Positions 19,629-29,893 of a stretch of 64,000 nucleotides of DNA are shown here, piece by piece (the stretch's first letter is position 1; every line of letters starts with the position of its first letter). The notes below the pieces were generated by a model that saw nothing but the letters and a program-made list of their open reading frames with translations, was not told where the DNA came from and did not search any database. The position numbers and the translations under genes were made by a program. Location of the stretch: contig CBDBCR010000001.1 of the NCBI GenBank assembly GCA_965203465.1, positions 864,001 through 928,000 of the forward strand, given 5' to 3'. The DNA comes from Nitrosopumilaceae archaeon (lineage in GTDB: Archaea; Thermoproteota; Nitrososphaeria; Nitrososphaerales; Nitrosopumilaceae).

Positions 19629-20995
19629 CGGTGGAAAGCAAGTCTTCAGATCCGGGCGTGACGGCGGATAGGCGCCAAAAGAGCGCCGGCTCGGGGCCGC
19701 GATGGACTGTGTCGTTCCCGGCGGGACTGTACCGCAGGCTCACGAGTTTTCTAGAGAGCGCCGAACCTCTCGAAAACGGGTGCTATCTGACTGCCGACTG
19801 GCACGCGGCGGGGCGGGTGCGGCGCATGCTTGTCAGGTCGGCAGTACTGCCGAACGAGCGCTCGTGGAACGCCCAAGGGAAGGGGAGCCTGAACCCGTCG
19901 TCGCAGTACCTCAACCGCGCGGTAGGCGAGGCTGAACGGGCAGGATCGTCCCTGCTGTTCGTCCACACCCACCCGTCTTCCGACCACCCTCCCGCCTTCA
20001 GCAGCATAGACGAGGCGACCAACGAAGTGTTTTTCCGAGACATGTCGTCCCTGCTGCACGGCCGCCCGGTAGGCAGCGCGGTCTTGAGCAGGGCCGGCAT
20101 GCACGCGGTCGTGCACCACGAAGGGAGGGCGCATCCGGCGCACCGGATAGAGGCGGTGGGCAGCACGCTGGAGCGCGCCGATCGAGCGCGGGACGGCGCC
20201 GCCAGACATTCGCCCGCGCACGTAAGGCAGGCGGCGATGCTGGGTCCGGTACACGAGCGCATCTGCGGCCTTGACGTGTGCATCGTGGGGGCCGGAGGTG
20301 TAGGATCCTGCGTCGCGGCGCAGGTCGCGAGGCTGGGTGCGGGCCGCATCAGGCTGGTCGATCCAGATGTGCTTGAGGAAAGCAACGTCTCGCGGGTGTA
20401 CGGATCGAGGCCCGAGCAGGTCGGAAGTCACAAGGCGGATGTGGTGGCCGAATACATGCGGTCGTTTTCGAGCTCGGAGGTGCGTGCCGTGCGCGGCGAC
20501 ATCTGCGACGATGAGCACCTTGCATGCGCCCTTGAGGCGGATGTCGTCGTGTGCTGCACGGACAACATGAGGAGCCGGGACAAGCTGAACGAGGCGTCTC
20601 TTCGCTACTACCGGCCCCTGATCGACGTGGGCTGCAACGTGGTGACGGAGAACAGGCTAGAGTCCACCGCGTACGCGCAGTCGGTCACGCCGGAGACTGC
20701 ATGCCTGTGGTGCACGGGGCAGATGGACGGCAAGAGGCTTGGAGACGAGCTTCTTACCGGGGAGCAGAGGCTGGCAAAGGCCAGGCTCGGCTACTACGAG
20801 CCGCACCAGCCTTCGACCGTCGCGCTCACCACTTGGGCCGCCTGCCTGGGCGTGGACAAGCTCTTTTCGCTGCTGGGTCTCTACGGCAGAGGGCGCAGTT
20901 CCGTCTCGTACGTGGACATTACGGGGGAATTCTGCCAGCACCGCACCCCGCCCGTCAAAAAAGGGTGCGTCTGCGCAGAGTTCAGGTTCGACTAG
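19625..20995 (+). CDS. JAB/JAMM peptidase fused to ThiF/E1 enzyme, BubCD-like
   Basis: JAMM: ENG...HTHP...FSSID; E1: GAGGVGS, DPDVLEESNVSR, CTDN, CLWC and C-terminal CVC. Confidence 0.9.
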   Translation: MTVESKSSDPGVTADRRQKSAGSGPRWTVSFPAGLYRRLTSFLESAEPLENGCYLTADWHAAGRVRRMLVRSAVLPNERSWNAQGKGSLNPSSQYLNRAVGEAERAGSSLLFVHTHPSSDHPPAFSSIDEATNEVFFRDMSSLLHGRPVGSAVLSRAGMHAVVHHEGRAHPAHRIEAVGSTLERADRARDGAARHSPAHVRQAAMLGPVHERICGLDVCIVGAGGVGSCVAAQVARLGAGRIRLVDPDVLEESNVSRVYGSRPEQVGSHKADVVAEYMRSFSSSEVRAVRGDICDDEHLACALEADVVVCCTDNMRSRDKLNEASLRYYRPLIDVGCNVVTENRLESTAYAQSVTPETACLWCTGQMDGKRLGDELLTGEQRLAKARLGYYEPHQPSTVALTTWAACLGVDKLFSLLGLYGRGRSSVSYVDITGEFCQHRTPPVKKGCVCAEFRFD

Positions 20996-21414
20996 CGTCT
21001 GCATGGCATCTGGATCAGCGAGTACTTTGCGTCCGCTAGGATCTCCTACCCGGGCCAACCCGGGACGGGCCGGATCTTCCCCTCGATCTCGGGCACGAGA
21101 TTGCGCGCTGCGGGATGCGGGCGGCTGCGGCAAAAGGCCAGAGCCGGGCCTGCAAACACAAATTACGCGCCGCCGGGCCCGCGCGATTCCCCCGGCGCGC
21201 CAGTCTTGCCCGGCCGGCAAAAACGGGCACGCGCAAAAATAATCCCCGGCACGGTTACCAGCAAACTGGGAGTTGAGTCGCTTCAGGCACATTTTTCCCG
21301 CAAGGAGCATATGCGCGGGCAGGGACCGACCTAGTGCGCGCGCCCGTCTTGAGCGGATTGGCCTCAGCGGCCCCTGTCCGCAAATACAAATATGCCCGCC
21401 GGCCGGGCGCGTCC

Positions 21415-22359
21415 GTGGCGTCCGGACCTGCGGTACTCGTGACCGGCGGGGCGGGGTACCTGGGCTCGGTGCTGGTGCCGTCGCTCCTTGCCGGGGGCTG
21501 CCGCGTCCGCGTGCTGGACAACTTCAGGTACAGGCAGGCCAGCCTGCTAGACTGCTGCCACGATCCGAACCTGGAGATAGTGCGGGGCGACGTGCGCGAC
21601 TCCGAGGCGCTGTCCTCTTCGCTCGAAGGCGTGCGGTACGTGGTGCATCTGGCCGCGCTGGTCGGCGCGCCCGTCTGCGATTCCGATCCGAGCGCGGCGG
21701 CCTCGACGAACCTGGAGGCCACGCGCCTGCTGCTCTCGCTGCGCTCGGAGGATCAGCGCGTGCTGTTCCCGTGCACCAACAGCGGCTACGGGGTGGGGGA
21801 GAAGAGCATCGAATGCACCGAAGAGACGCCCCTGCGCCCCATATCGCTGTACGGCCGCACGAAGGTGGAGGCCGAAAAGGCCGTGCTCGAGGCGGGCTCC
21901 TCGATAAGCCTCCGGCTGGCCACCGTCTTCGGGGTCTCGCCGCGCATGCGCCTGGATCTGCTGGTCAACGACTTCGTGCACCGGGCCGTGCGCGACGGCT
22001 TCGTGGTGGTCTTCGAGGGGCACTTCAAGCGCAACTACATCCACGTGCGGGACGTGGCGCGCGCGTTCATCCACTGCATGGACAACTTCGAGGCCATGGC
22101 CGGGCGCCCCTACAACGTGGGGCTGAGCGACGCAAACCTCTCGAAGCTGGAGCTGTGCGCGGCCATACGGGAGCGCGTGCCCGGATTCGTGTTTTTGGAA
22201 TCGCAGATAGGCGAGGATCCCGACAAGCGCGACTACATCGTCTCCAACAGGAGGATCGAGGAATCCGGCTTCGCGCCCCAATTCTCGATACAGGACGGCA
22301 TAGACGAGCTTGCCAAGGCCTACAGGGTGCTGCCCCGCCCGGCGTTCGGCAACGCCTGA
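21415..22359 (+). CDS. NAD-dependent epimerase/dehydratase
   Basis: VLVTGGAGYLG, HLAALVG, YGRTK, RMRLDLLVN. Confidence 0.92.
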   Translation: MASGPAVLVTGGAGYLGSVLVPSLLAGGCRVRVLDNFRYRQASLLDCCHDPNLEIVRGDVRDSEALSSSLEGVRYVVHLAALVGAPVCDSDPSAAASTNLEATRLLLSLRSEDQRVLFPCTNSGYGVGEKSIECTEETPLRPISLYGRTKVEAEKAVLEAGSSISLRLATVFGVSPRMRLDLLVNDFVHRAVRDGFVVVFEGHFKRNYIHVRDVARAFIHCMDNFEAMAGRPYNVGLSDANLSKLELCAAIRERVPGFVFLESQIGEDPDKRDYIVSNRRIEESGFAPQFSIQDGIDELAKAYRVLPRPAFGNA

Positions 22360-22394
22360 CTTAGGGTTATATTGATTCGCCCCGGGGCGCTCGC

Positions 22395-23334
22395 GTGCCG
22401 AAAATAGTGCTCACCGGGGCCACGGGGTTCCTCGGCTCGCACACCATGCCGGTTCTGCGCGCAAGGTACGGCCCCGAGAACGTCCGGGGGGTATCGTCGA
22501 AGGACTACGACCTGACCGCGCCCGGCGATGTGCGCAGGATGTTCGACGAGCTGGAGCCGGACGTGCTGGTGCACTTTGCCGCGTACGTGGGCGGCATTGG
22601 GGCCAACTCGGCCCTTCCGGCGGACTTTTTCTACGTCAACAACCTGATCACGAGCCTGGCCTTCGAGTACGCGGCGCGCAAAAAGATCCGCAAGATGGTA
22701 TACCCGATAGGGGGGTGCTGCTACCCGCACGACGCGCCCTCGCCCATATCCGAATCGCAGATGTGGAACGGCTACCCGCAGGCCGAAAGCGCGGGGTACG
22801 CCATGGCCAAGAAGGTGGGCGTGGTGGCTAGCAGGTCGTACCGCGAGCAGCACGGCCTCGAGTCGGCGATCATCGTGCCCGGCAACATGTACGGCGAGCA
22901 CGACAACTACAGCCTGTCCGATTCCCCACGTCATACCGGCGACGATCCGCAAGATGTACGAGGCAAAGCGCGACGGGCTGCCGCGCGTGTCCATGTGGGG
23001 CTCGGGCGCCGCGCAGAGGGACTTCGTGTACGCCGGCGACGTGGCGGCCACCGTGCCGTTCTTCATCGACTCTTACAGCTCGGACGGGTACGTCAACGTA
23101 TCGACGGGCACCACCACGTCGATACGCGAGCTGGCAGAGACGGTCCGCGAGCTGGTCGGCTACGAGGGGGAGATAGCCTGGGACACCTCGAAGCCGGACG
23201 GGCAGATGGTCAAGATATTCGACACCGCGCGGATGAGGGAGGCGGGCATAGGCTGCCCCACCCCGCTGCGCGAGGGGCTGCGCCGCACCGTCGAGTGGTT
23301 CTCGGCAAACTACGGCTCCGGGGTCCGGCTGTAG
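22395..23334 (+). pseudogene. fcl: GDP-L-fucose synthase family, frameshifted
   Basis: AAYVGGIGAN, YAMAK, NMYGEHDNY; one extra C in CCCC at 22924-22927 breaks DSHVIPA; continues WGSG..RDF..KPDG in ORF 22954..23334. Confidence 0.88.
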
Positions 23335-23340
23335 GGCCGG

Positions 23341-23433
23341 CCGAGCCCGCGAAGGACGGAACCGGATTCGCCCGTCTTGGCCGATCCGCGGCCGGAAATC
23401 ATCCGCCCGCCGGCGGGACTTTCGGGTCGACTG
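23341..23433 (+). repeat. Dispersed element copy 1
   Basis: TTGGCCGAT...GGAAATCATCCGCCCGCCGGCGGGACTTTCGGGTCGAC. Confidence 0.85.
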
Positions 23434-23476
23434 TGAACGACGTTTGAGATTTATGCCCCCGTTCGACGGGCAGGCC

Positions 23477-23860
23477 ATGCAGAATGACGAGCCCCCCGAG
23501 TTTGCCAACACGGTGGAGAGCGCCATCAACACCCCGTGGGAGGTAAGCGACAGGAAGGCCAGATCCGCCGAATACTTTGAGGCCTGGAAAAAAGTCGCGG
23601 AGCGAAAGGCGCACTTGATATTCGCCTCTATTCCGCTTTGCGGTCCGACCATACCCGACGAGCTCAGAAAGGAGGCTTCGGATGAGGTACTCAGGGTCAC
23701 TTGGCAGCACGCCTGCAAGTACATGACCGACGAGGAAAAGCTCGCGGCCTGCCGCGTCAAGCGCAAAGAGATCGACGAGTACGCGTGGCCGCTTGCCCAA
23801 AAGGCGGCCGCGGAGCAGTGGAGACGGGTGCTGGACGCCTCTAAACGAAGGGCGCCGTGA
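23477..23860 (+). CDS. Hypothetical protein, paralog of 59771..60142
   Basis: Nearly identical protein to the second copy; TTTATG about 25 nt upstream. Confidence 0.8.
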   Translation: MQNDEPPEFANTVESAINTPWEVSDRKARSAEYFEAWKKVAERKAHLIFASIPLCGPTIPDELRKEASDEVLRVTWQHACKYMTDEEKLAACRVKRKEIDEYAWPLAQKAAAEQWRRVLDASKRRAP

Positions 23861-24019
23861 CCGCGCCGGCCCGAAGCGCCGCGCGCGCAGACGAAGGCGA
23901 GCGGCCCGGATCAGTCGCGTACAACGTCTGGAATTTGCGCGACGGGCCGCATCGCCGCCAAAGCCCGCCGCTCTCCGGCCCGGACGCGTTTTTTCACCCG
24001 CGCCAAGCGTTAGTCTCGG

Positions 24020-24487
24020 TCACGGCAGTACGTCCACAAAGCCGAGGTAGTCTTTCGCCTCAAACTGCTCCGATTTGACGTAGCTGAAACCAAGACGGGA
24101 GCCCGGAACGCCGTCTTCGACTGCGCCAAAGCAGATCCTCGACGCTTCGAACGCTTCGCCGTGTGTCTCGTATTCGTGCACTACGATCACATGGACGGCA
24201 CCCTCGCCTTCCGGACGCGCCATGACCCTGCTTATCCGTTCCGGAAAGTTCAGGCCCGAGACGAAACTTCGGATTTGTGTAATTTCCTCCGACGCGCCGG
24301 CCGACCCGTCCATGAATGAGCGCTGCGTTTTAACCCACGCGTCGAATCCTTTTTTCAGGAGTTTGTCGTTTTGGTCGGCGATCTGCGCCATGGTCGCGTC
24401 TGACAGGTACAGGTATTCCTTGGCCGCCTCGGTATCTTTTGCTGCCTGACGGCGCTTCAAATTCAGACCCGGAGAACCGCGTTCCAT
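24020..24487 (-). CDS. Hypothetical protein, possibly degenerate MNT-like; related to 62005..62373
   Basis: Shared motif V(I/V)VVH...GEA with the 62 kb gene. Confidence 0.55.
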   Translation of the reverse strand: MERGSPGLNLKRRQAAKDTEAAKEYLYLSDATMAQIADQNDKLLKKGFDAWVKTQRSFMDGSAGASEEITQIRSFVSGLNFPERISRVMARPEGEGAVHVIVVHEYETHGEAFEASRICFGAVEDGVPGSRLGFSYVKSEQFEAKDYLGFVDVLP

Positions 24488-24710
24488 TCACGCCACCGCG
24501 CCGCGACCCGGAAGGCTCGCGTCTGCAATCCTGCCCCTTGGCTCGCTCACGTGATCCGGTGCAGGCTTTCTTGTAATAAACATAACTTGGCGGATTCTTC
24601 CCAATTTCGGCGATCTGGGCCCGACCGTACGCCAAGCGTGGGGTTTGGGCGATCGGGTTCTGCGGCGGTTTAGGCGTAGCCTCGTCCCGCAGAAAACGGC
24701 AGACGGGGGA

Positions 24711-24900
24711 TCAAGACAGATTTCCGCAGAAAACCGGCACGGCATCCGGGGCATGCCCGATATCATCGGAGGCCACCATCGCGCCGGGCCGTCTTTGCCA
24801 AGTCCGCAAGGGCGGCTCCCCTCCACTAAGGCGGGGTACACCGGGCGGGCGCTCGTGAAAAACGCCGCGGCCTCCAGGGACGGGATCGGCAGGCTCCGCG
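24711..24900 (-). pseudogene. Relic of a class I SAM methyltransferase C-terminus; second relic at ~49440-49584
   Basis: GAMVASDDI...AVPVFC; ~50 bp nearly identical to 49533-49584. Confidence 0.3.
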
Positions 24901-24993
24901 GCCGGCATATCGGACTGGCCAGCCCGGGACGGGCCGGGACGCTGCGCGCTGCGGCGGCTCGGTTCATGCCTGCGCCCCCGTCCGGACGGCGGC

Positions 24994-25120
24994 GCGCGCG
25001 CCGGCCTGCCCGGGCCGCGCCCGGAACGGAACCGGGCGAGCCCGCCTTTCGGATTCCGCCGTTTTGGTCGATTCGCGATCGGGGATTGTCCGCCCGCCGG
25101 AAAAACTTTCGGGCCAACCG
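24994..25120 (+). repeat. Dispersed element copy 2
   Basis: ...GCCGTTTTGGTCGATTCGCGATCGG...TCCGCCCGCCGGAAAAACTTTCGGGCCAAC. Confidence 0.85.
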
Positions 25121-25129
25121 GTCAGCATG

Positions 25130-26220
25130 TGTTGTCCGAAAAAGAGTATCGCCCCTTGAGTAGGCGTGGAGGGGCAGGTAAGAGTGCGGAATGCACGGCG
25201 CGGGCCGCGTGGAGTGGAAATGGAGGTGGGTGGGTCGCCGGGCGCCCGGGCCGACAGGAATACATTGGGGGGCTCCGGGCGGGGGCACTTGAAACTGAGC
25301 CAGTCGCAGGTGCAATGGATAGTCCGCGAAAAGGCGAGGGGGGAAATGACCAACTCGGAGATAGGCAGGCTCGTGGGGGTCTCTGCAGTGTGGGTCAGAA
25401 AGCTGTATGCCCGGTACCGGCACCAAAAGCCCAGCAGGATCTCTTATCCTGCGCCTTTGGGCAGGCCGGCCGGCAGCCTGCCCGGGCGCAGGGAGCACTC
25501 GGCCGTGCTGACTTCGAGGTACGCCGCGGAGAACGGGGCGGTGCGCCTGGTAGATTACATAGAAGAGAGCACCGGATTACATATACCGCACAACGCCATA
25601 CACAGGATCTTGCGGGACGAGGAACTGGCCGATCGGCAGCACAGGAAGAGCGGGCAGCGCAAGTGGGTCAGGTACGAGCGCAAGTACTCCAACTCCATGT
25701 GGCACACCGACTACAAGCAGCTGGACGACGGTATGTGGTTCATCGCGTACCAGGACGACGCGTCGCGCTTCATAGTGGGGTACGGCGTGTTCAAAGAGGC
25801 GACCGGAAAACACGCCGTCGAAGTCCTAAAAGAGGCCATTTCCAGGCACGGAAAGCCGGCTTCGGTGCTCACCGACCACGGATCCCAGTTTTACGCCAAC
25901 GAAAAAGAGTCGGCCGCCCGGGGCGAGGCGATGTTCGAAAAGGAACTGGCCGCGCTCGGCGTGAGGCACATACTCGCTAGGGTCAACCACCCGCAGACCA
26001 ACGGCAAGCTGGAAAGGTTCCACGGCGAGCTGCAGCGCAGGCTGCCCAACTTCATCGGCGCCTCTGCCGACAGGACCACCCGCGCGACGGGGTCCGGGGG
26101 CCACGTGGGCAGCCCGTTCTATTCGGCCGGGCCCACCGACCCGGTGGCCCGGTTCGTGCGCTGGTACAACCACGACCGCGCGCACATGTCGCTTAACAAG
26201 GGCGAGACGCCGGCGCGGGC
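25130..26220 (+). mobile_element. IS481/IS1202-like element, 3'-truncated; transposase from ~25289
   Basis: TGT left end; rve core WHTD, DDASR, TDHGSQF, PQTNGKLERF; homology to the 38 kb copy stops at ~26220; no right TIR. Confidence 0.85.
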
Positions 26221-26310
26221 GTGTTTACGGTCACCGCGTTCTTGTGGAAGAGCATGGACAACCCTGTCCCCCTCTGCGGGCCGGTCTCGAAAGAGGTCAA
26301 CGTGGTATGA
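26221..26310 (+). pseudogene. 3' relic of a gene with a thaumarchaeal S-layer-like C-terminal domain
   Basis: VFTVTAFLWKSMDNPVPLCGPVSKEVNVV* resembles the TATAFVWESVDNPTALSPPVS tail (from memory). Confidence 0.45.
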
Positions 26311-26423
26311 CGTGCGAGCGGGCGCGGACTTGGTCGCGTCGGCCGGTGCCGGCTGGGCTGGGATTTTGCACGTGTGCGAAATTCCCGCTCCAACTCTACA
26401 AGCGCCCTACACAATTTACAGCC

Positions 26424-27380
26424 ATGCCCAATACGCCGGACGCGCGCAAGGCGGGCGGATGCAGATCCGCGCAAAACACAGAAACTGCATCCGCGATCCC
26501 TCTACCGTCACATCTTTTTAATGGATTCGAGAGAAAGATGCAGGCCAAGCAACTCGGTTTCATAAGCGACCACATCCGCTCGTACGAACTCTTCGAGAGG
26601 ACGATGGGCTTCCAGTATTTCCTCAACGGCAAGATCATCGACGCGTCGAGCCAGATCCGGGAGCCCAGAGACACCTCTGACCAGGCCATGACCGACGACG
26701 CCATTCTCCAGATCTTGGAGCAGAACCTGCTGTATCTGTTTTCCGCCCTCCGCCCCCTGGAACAAGAGTCCATACACGCCCACCGCGCACTGGTGCGCCC
26801 GGTGCTCGAATCCGTGCCCAAGTGCTTCTTCCTCATGAGGCATCCGGAAAGCACCAGGATGTTTCTGTTGGCAGAGAAACGCGACGCGTGGGAGGCGGTC
26901 GGCAAGCACGAAAGCAGGCCCAAGTCCGAGAAATTTTTAGAATCTGGAGCATCTCGGGAAGTTCCAAGGACGCAAGAAATCACGAACGAGGAATTTGCCG
27001 AGTTCAGGAACCGCAAGAATCGCGAACTGAGATCCAAAATCTACGGCACGAAGACGGTAAAATTGCAGGATCGGCTCTATTCGGTGCTGAGCACCAGCTC
27101 CCACTCGAACATACTCAGACACCACCCTTTGGAAGTCCGCCGGGCGGCCAAAGAGCTGTCCTTTAGGATTCTTGCCGAATTGTCTTTTTTCAACCTGTTC
27201 CTGATGGTCAATTCTCAGCACAGGGCATTGGGAGGCTTGGGCCTCATGGAAACGGCAAAACTGTTCACTTTGGATGCGCAGAAAAGACTGCAACCCCATT
27301 CTGAACTCACGTATTTGTATCCAGACAACAAAGAATACGTGAAGAATCTGATTCTAAAACCCCCGCGGCGGAAAAACTGA
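26424..27380 (+). CDS. DUF5677-like (HEPN-related) protein, paralog 1
   Basis: ALVRPVLE...YSVLSTSSH pattern; clear similarity to the 29894 and 44689-47273 genes. Confidence 0.75.
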   Translation: MPNTPDARKAGGCRSAQNTETASAIPLPSHLFNGFERKMQAKQLGFISDHIRSYELFERTMGFQYFLNGKIIDASSQIREPRDTSDQAMTDDAILQILEQNLLYLFSALRPLEQESIHAHRALVRPVLESVPKCFFLMRHPESTRMFLLAEKRDAWEAVGKHESRPKSEKFLESGASREVPRTQEITNEEFAEFRNRKNRELRSKIYGTKTVKLQDRLYSVLSTSSHSNILRHHPLEVRRAAKELSFRILAELSFFNLFLMVNSQHRALGGLGLMETAKLFTLDAQKRLQPHSELTYLYPDNKEYVKNLILKPPRRKN

Positions 27381-27618
27381 CCGACGCCATACTTCGGATA
27401 CGTGTAAAACCAGCTATAGACGAGCGTGCCAGAATGCGGCCATTGGGACGGTCGGCGTGACGGGGCCCGGCTCCCGCCGGAGCAGGCCGGGCGCGAACCG
27501 CACGAACGGGAAGCCGGCCTCTGGGCCTGACGGCCATCGACAAGAACGGGGCTACCTGAGTCGGCCGGGGCCAGCCGCCTGAAGGCTGCCGGCTACCGGG
27601 CCCCGCGCCTTTCAGCCG

Positions 27619-27751
27619 GCGCGCGCCTGCCTGCCCGGGCCGCGCCCATGGCGTAACCGGATTCGCCGTTTTGGATGCCGCCGTTTTGCCCGTTTTGGCC
27701 GATTTACGATCGGAAATCATCCGCCGGTCGGAGGAGCTTTTGGGTTAACCG
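27619..27751 (+). repeat. Dispersed element copy 3
   Basis: GCCGTTTTGCCCGTTTTGGCCGATTTACGATCGGAAATCATCCGCCGGTCGGAGGAGCTTTTGGGTTAAC. Confidence 0.9.
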
Positions 27752-27894
27752 AGATTCGGCTTTGTTCAGTAATTCCGCGATCCGTGCCTGAGCGGAGCCG
27801 TTTTTTGGCCGATCCGGCTACAGCGCAGGCACGAAAATGTGAATTGTCGAACAAAGCTGCGCCAAGTTTAAAACCGCGCAGGCTACCGCCAAGC

Positions 27895-28629
27895 ATGGAT
27901 TCCATCCGGGTGGACGATCTCGTGGTACTGGGCAACGCGGTGCCAGACATCATGAAAGATTCCAGGGTGACCGTCTGCACCGTGGGCTATTCGGAGAGCC
28001 ACGGGCTGATGCGGGTCTATCCGGTGCGGCCCGACGCCAAAATGCTCAGGTGGGACGTCGTGGAGGCGGAGCTTGAAAGAAACCCCAAAGACACGAGGGG
28101 CGAGAGCTGGAAGGTAAAGGGATCAAAGCAGGAATGGGACAAGATGGCCGGCAAAATCCTCCACCACGGAAAGCTGAGCCCAGGCAGGCAGAAGAAACTG
28201 CAGCGCGAACTGCAAGAAAGGTTCGCGGCGGGATGCATACGGGATCTGAACGACGAGAAACGCAGCCTGGGCATCATAAAGCCCACGGTGCTGGGGTACC
28301 GGATGGAAGAGCGCGAGTCATACGACAGCACGATACAGACAAACCTGTTTTCCACAGATCCGTTCAAGACCATCCACAACTACAAAAAGCAGCCGAGGAT
28401 AGAATACGAATGCTCGGACTGCAGGGCGAAAAACCCGCACGATCAGCAAGTGCTGGAATGGGGCATTTACGAGTGGATGAGGAAGAACCCGTCCCAGCCG
28501 GAGCGGGCGTGGGCCAACCTGCACCTTGACGATCCGGGATACGAAAAAAGGTTCCTCGTAGGCAATCTGGCAAAACACAGAACGTCATTCGTGATCGTCA
28601 GTGTATTCAGGAGAAAAATCGGCCTCTAG
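27895..28629 (+). CDS. Uncharacterised protein of a family seen near DUF488/DUF5131
   Basis: VTVCTVG...MRVYPV...DTRGES...SLGIIKP...CSDC...H..QVLEW...FLVGN. Confidence 0.75.
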   Translation: MDSIRVDDLVVLGNAVPDIMKDSRVTVCTVGYSESHGLMRVYPVRPDAKMLRWDVVEAELERNPKDTRGESWKVKGSKQEWDKMAGKILHHGKLSPGRQKKLQRELQERFAAGCIRDLNDEKRSLGIIKPTVLGYRMEERESYDSTIQTNLFSTDPFKTIHNYKKQPRIEYECSDCRAKNPHDQQVLEWGIYEWMRKNPSQPERAWANLHLDDPGYEKRFLVGNLAKHRTSFVIVSVFRRKIGL

Positions 28630-28974
28630 CAGAGACGGGTTCGCGATTATCTCCCTCAGCAGGTGGCGGTGGCAGTGAGCTCCGGCAGGCTCGTAGCACA
28701 GAAACGTCACCGTCGTGCCTCTGGATTCGGAATGCAGATCCCGTATCAGGGACGCCGCGCTCCCGTCCCGCAGCTCGCGCTTGAAGGCGCGGGAAAACTG
28801 CCCCCAGGTCACGTCGTTGTCCTTGTATTTTTTGAGCAGCTGCGCGCTCGGCGCGAGATCCCGAACCCACCTGTCAAAGTGCGTCTTTTTGACGCCCCGG
28901 GGGTAGAACCTGGTCACCAGTATCCGGATTCCGTCCTTACGCTCTCTGGGCTTGTAGATACTCTTTGTCCTCAC
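28585..28974 (-). CDS. DUF488 (YeaO-like) protein
   Basis: DGIRILVTRFYPRGVKK, LAPSAQL, FLCYE...CHRHLL. Confidence 0.88.
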   Translation of the reverse strand: MRTKSIYKPRERKDGIRILVTRFYPRGVKKTHFDRWVRDLAPSAQLLKKYKDNDVTWGQFSRAFKRELRDGSAASLIRDLHSESRGTTVTFLCYEPAGAHCHRHLLREIIANPSLLEADFSPEYTDDHE

Positions 28975-29268
28975 CGTGGCCCGCGCGGAGACCGCCGTGA
29001 CCGCGCGCAGGCAGGCAGCGGCAGCTTTGGGGCGCCTCGGCTTGCAGGGCAACTCGGCACGCCTCCAGGGGCCACGGTATAAGTTGAGATAGTGAAGCAG
29101 AATACACAAAGTGTCAATTTTCTGCCCCTGCTCGGCGTTCATCAAGGCGCCTTTTGTAGCGGGCCCCGCCCGGCCGTTGGCGGCAAGAGATGCCGATCGC
29201 CGGGTTCATAGCTGTATATAATACAAAAAAGCAGAAATTGTTAATAACGGGCGAGGTTTTGCCGATGC

Positions 29269-29664
29269 GTGAATTGTGCGAAAAAAGCGTGGGACGAAGC
29301 GGGCCCCGAATGGCGCAAGAAGATGCTGGAGAGCTCGCGCGCGAGAAACCGACCAGATCTAAAGTACCTGGCGTTTGACCGTCTGCCCGAATCGATCAGG
29401 GGGATTCTGGTCAGGGCGCGCCTCGGAGAGGACGTGAAGTCAAAACCCGGGTGCAAGGACACAAAGACGCAGGTTCTGGACCGTATAAACTGCGCCGCCA
29501 TGGCAGAAGAGTGCGGGCGCGCCATGCTGAAAGGCGGGAAAGAGAGCCGGGGTAGCCGGACGGCGGGCGATCCAAACGGCCAAATGCCGATCTGGACTGC
29601 GGCCGACACCTTTCTGAAAACCGCGGCAGAGAACCAAATGCGCGATCCGCCGTGGATGTCGTAG
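29269..29664 (+). CDS. Hypothetical protein
   Basis: 131 aa ORF downstream of an AT-rich TATA tract at 29215-29245. Confidence 0.5.
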   Translation: MNCAKKAWDEAGPEWRKKMLESSRARNRPDLKYLAFDRLPESIRGILVRARLGEDVKSKPGCKDTKTQVLDRINCAAMAEECGRAMLKGGKESRGSRTAGDPNGQMPIWTAADTFLKTAAENQMRDPPWMS

Positions 29665-29893
29665 ATCGGCAAGAGGCAAGACGAGAGCGCGCCCGTGCCT
29701 CGTTTCTCCCGGCACTCGCGCGCGCCCCGGGCCGGGCCAAGCCGGGGACGTGCCTTCCGGCTGGCGCCGCCTGCGGCTGTCCGGCTACCTGCACGTGTTC
29801 GGCCGGCCGATGATCCGCCCCGCGAATTTGCAACGGTGCCGTACTCCCAAGTCTCCGAAAGGTATATTACTCTAGAAGGAACGGCGGCGGCAG

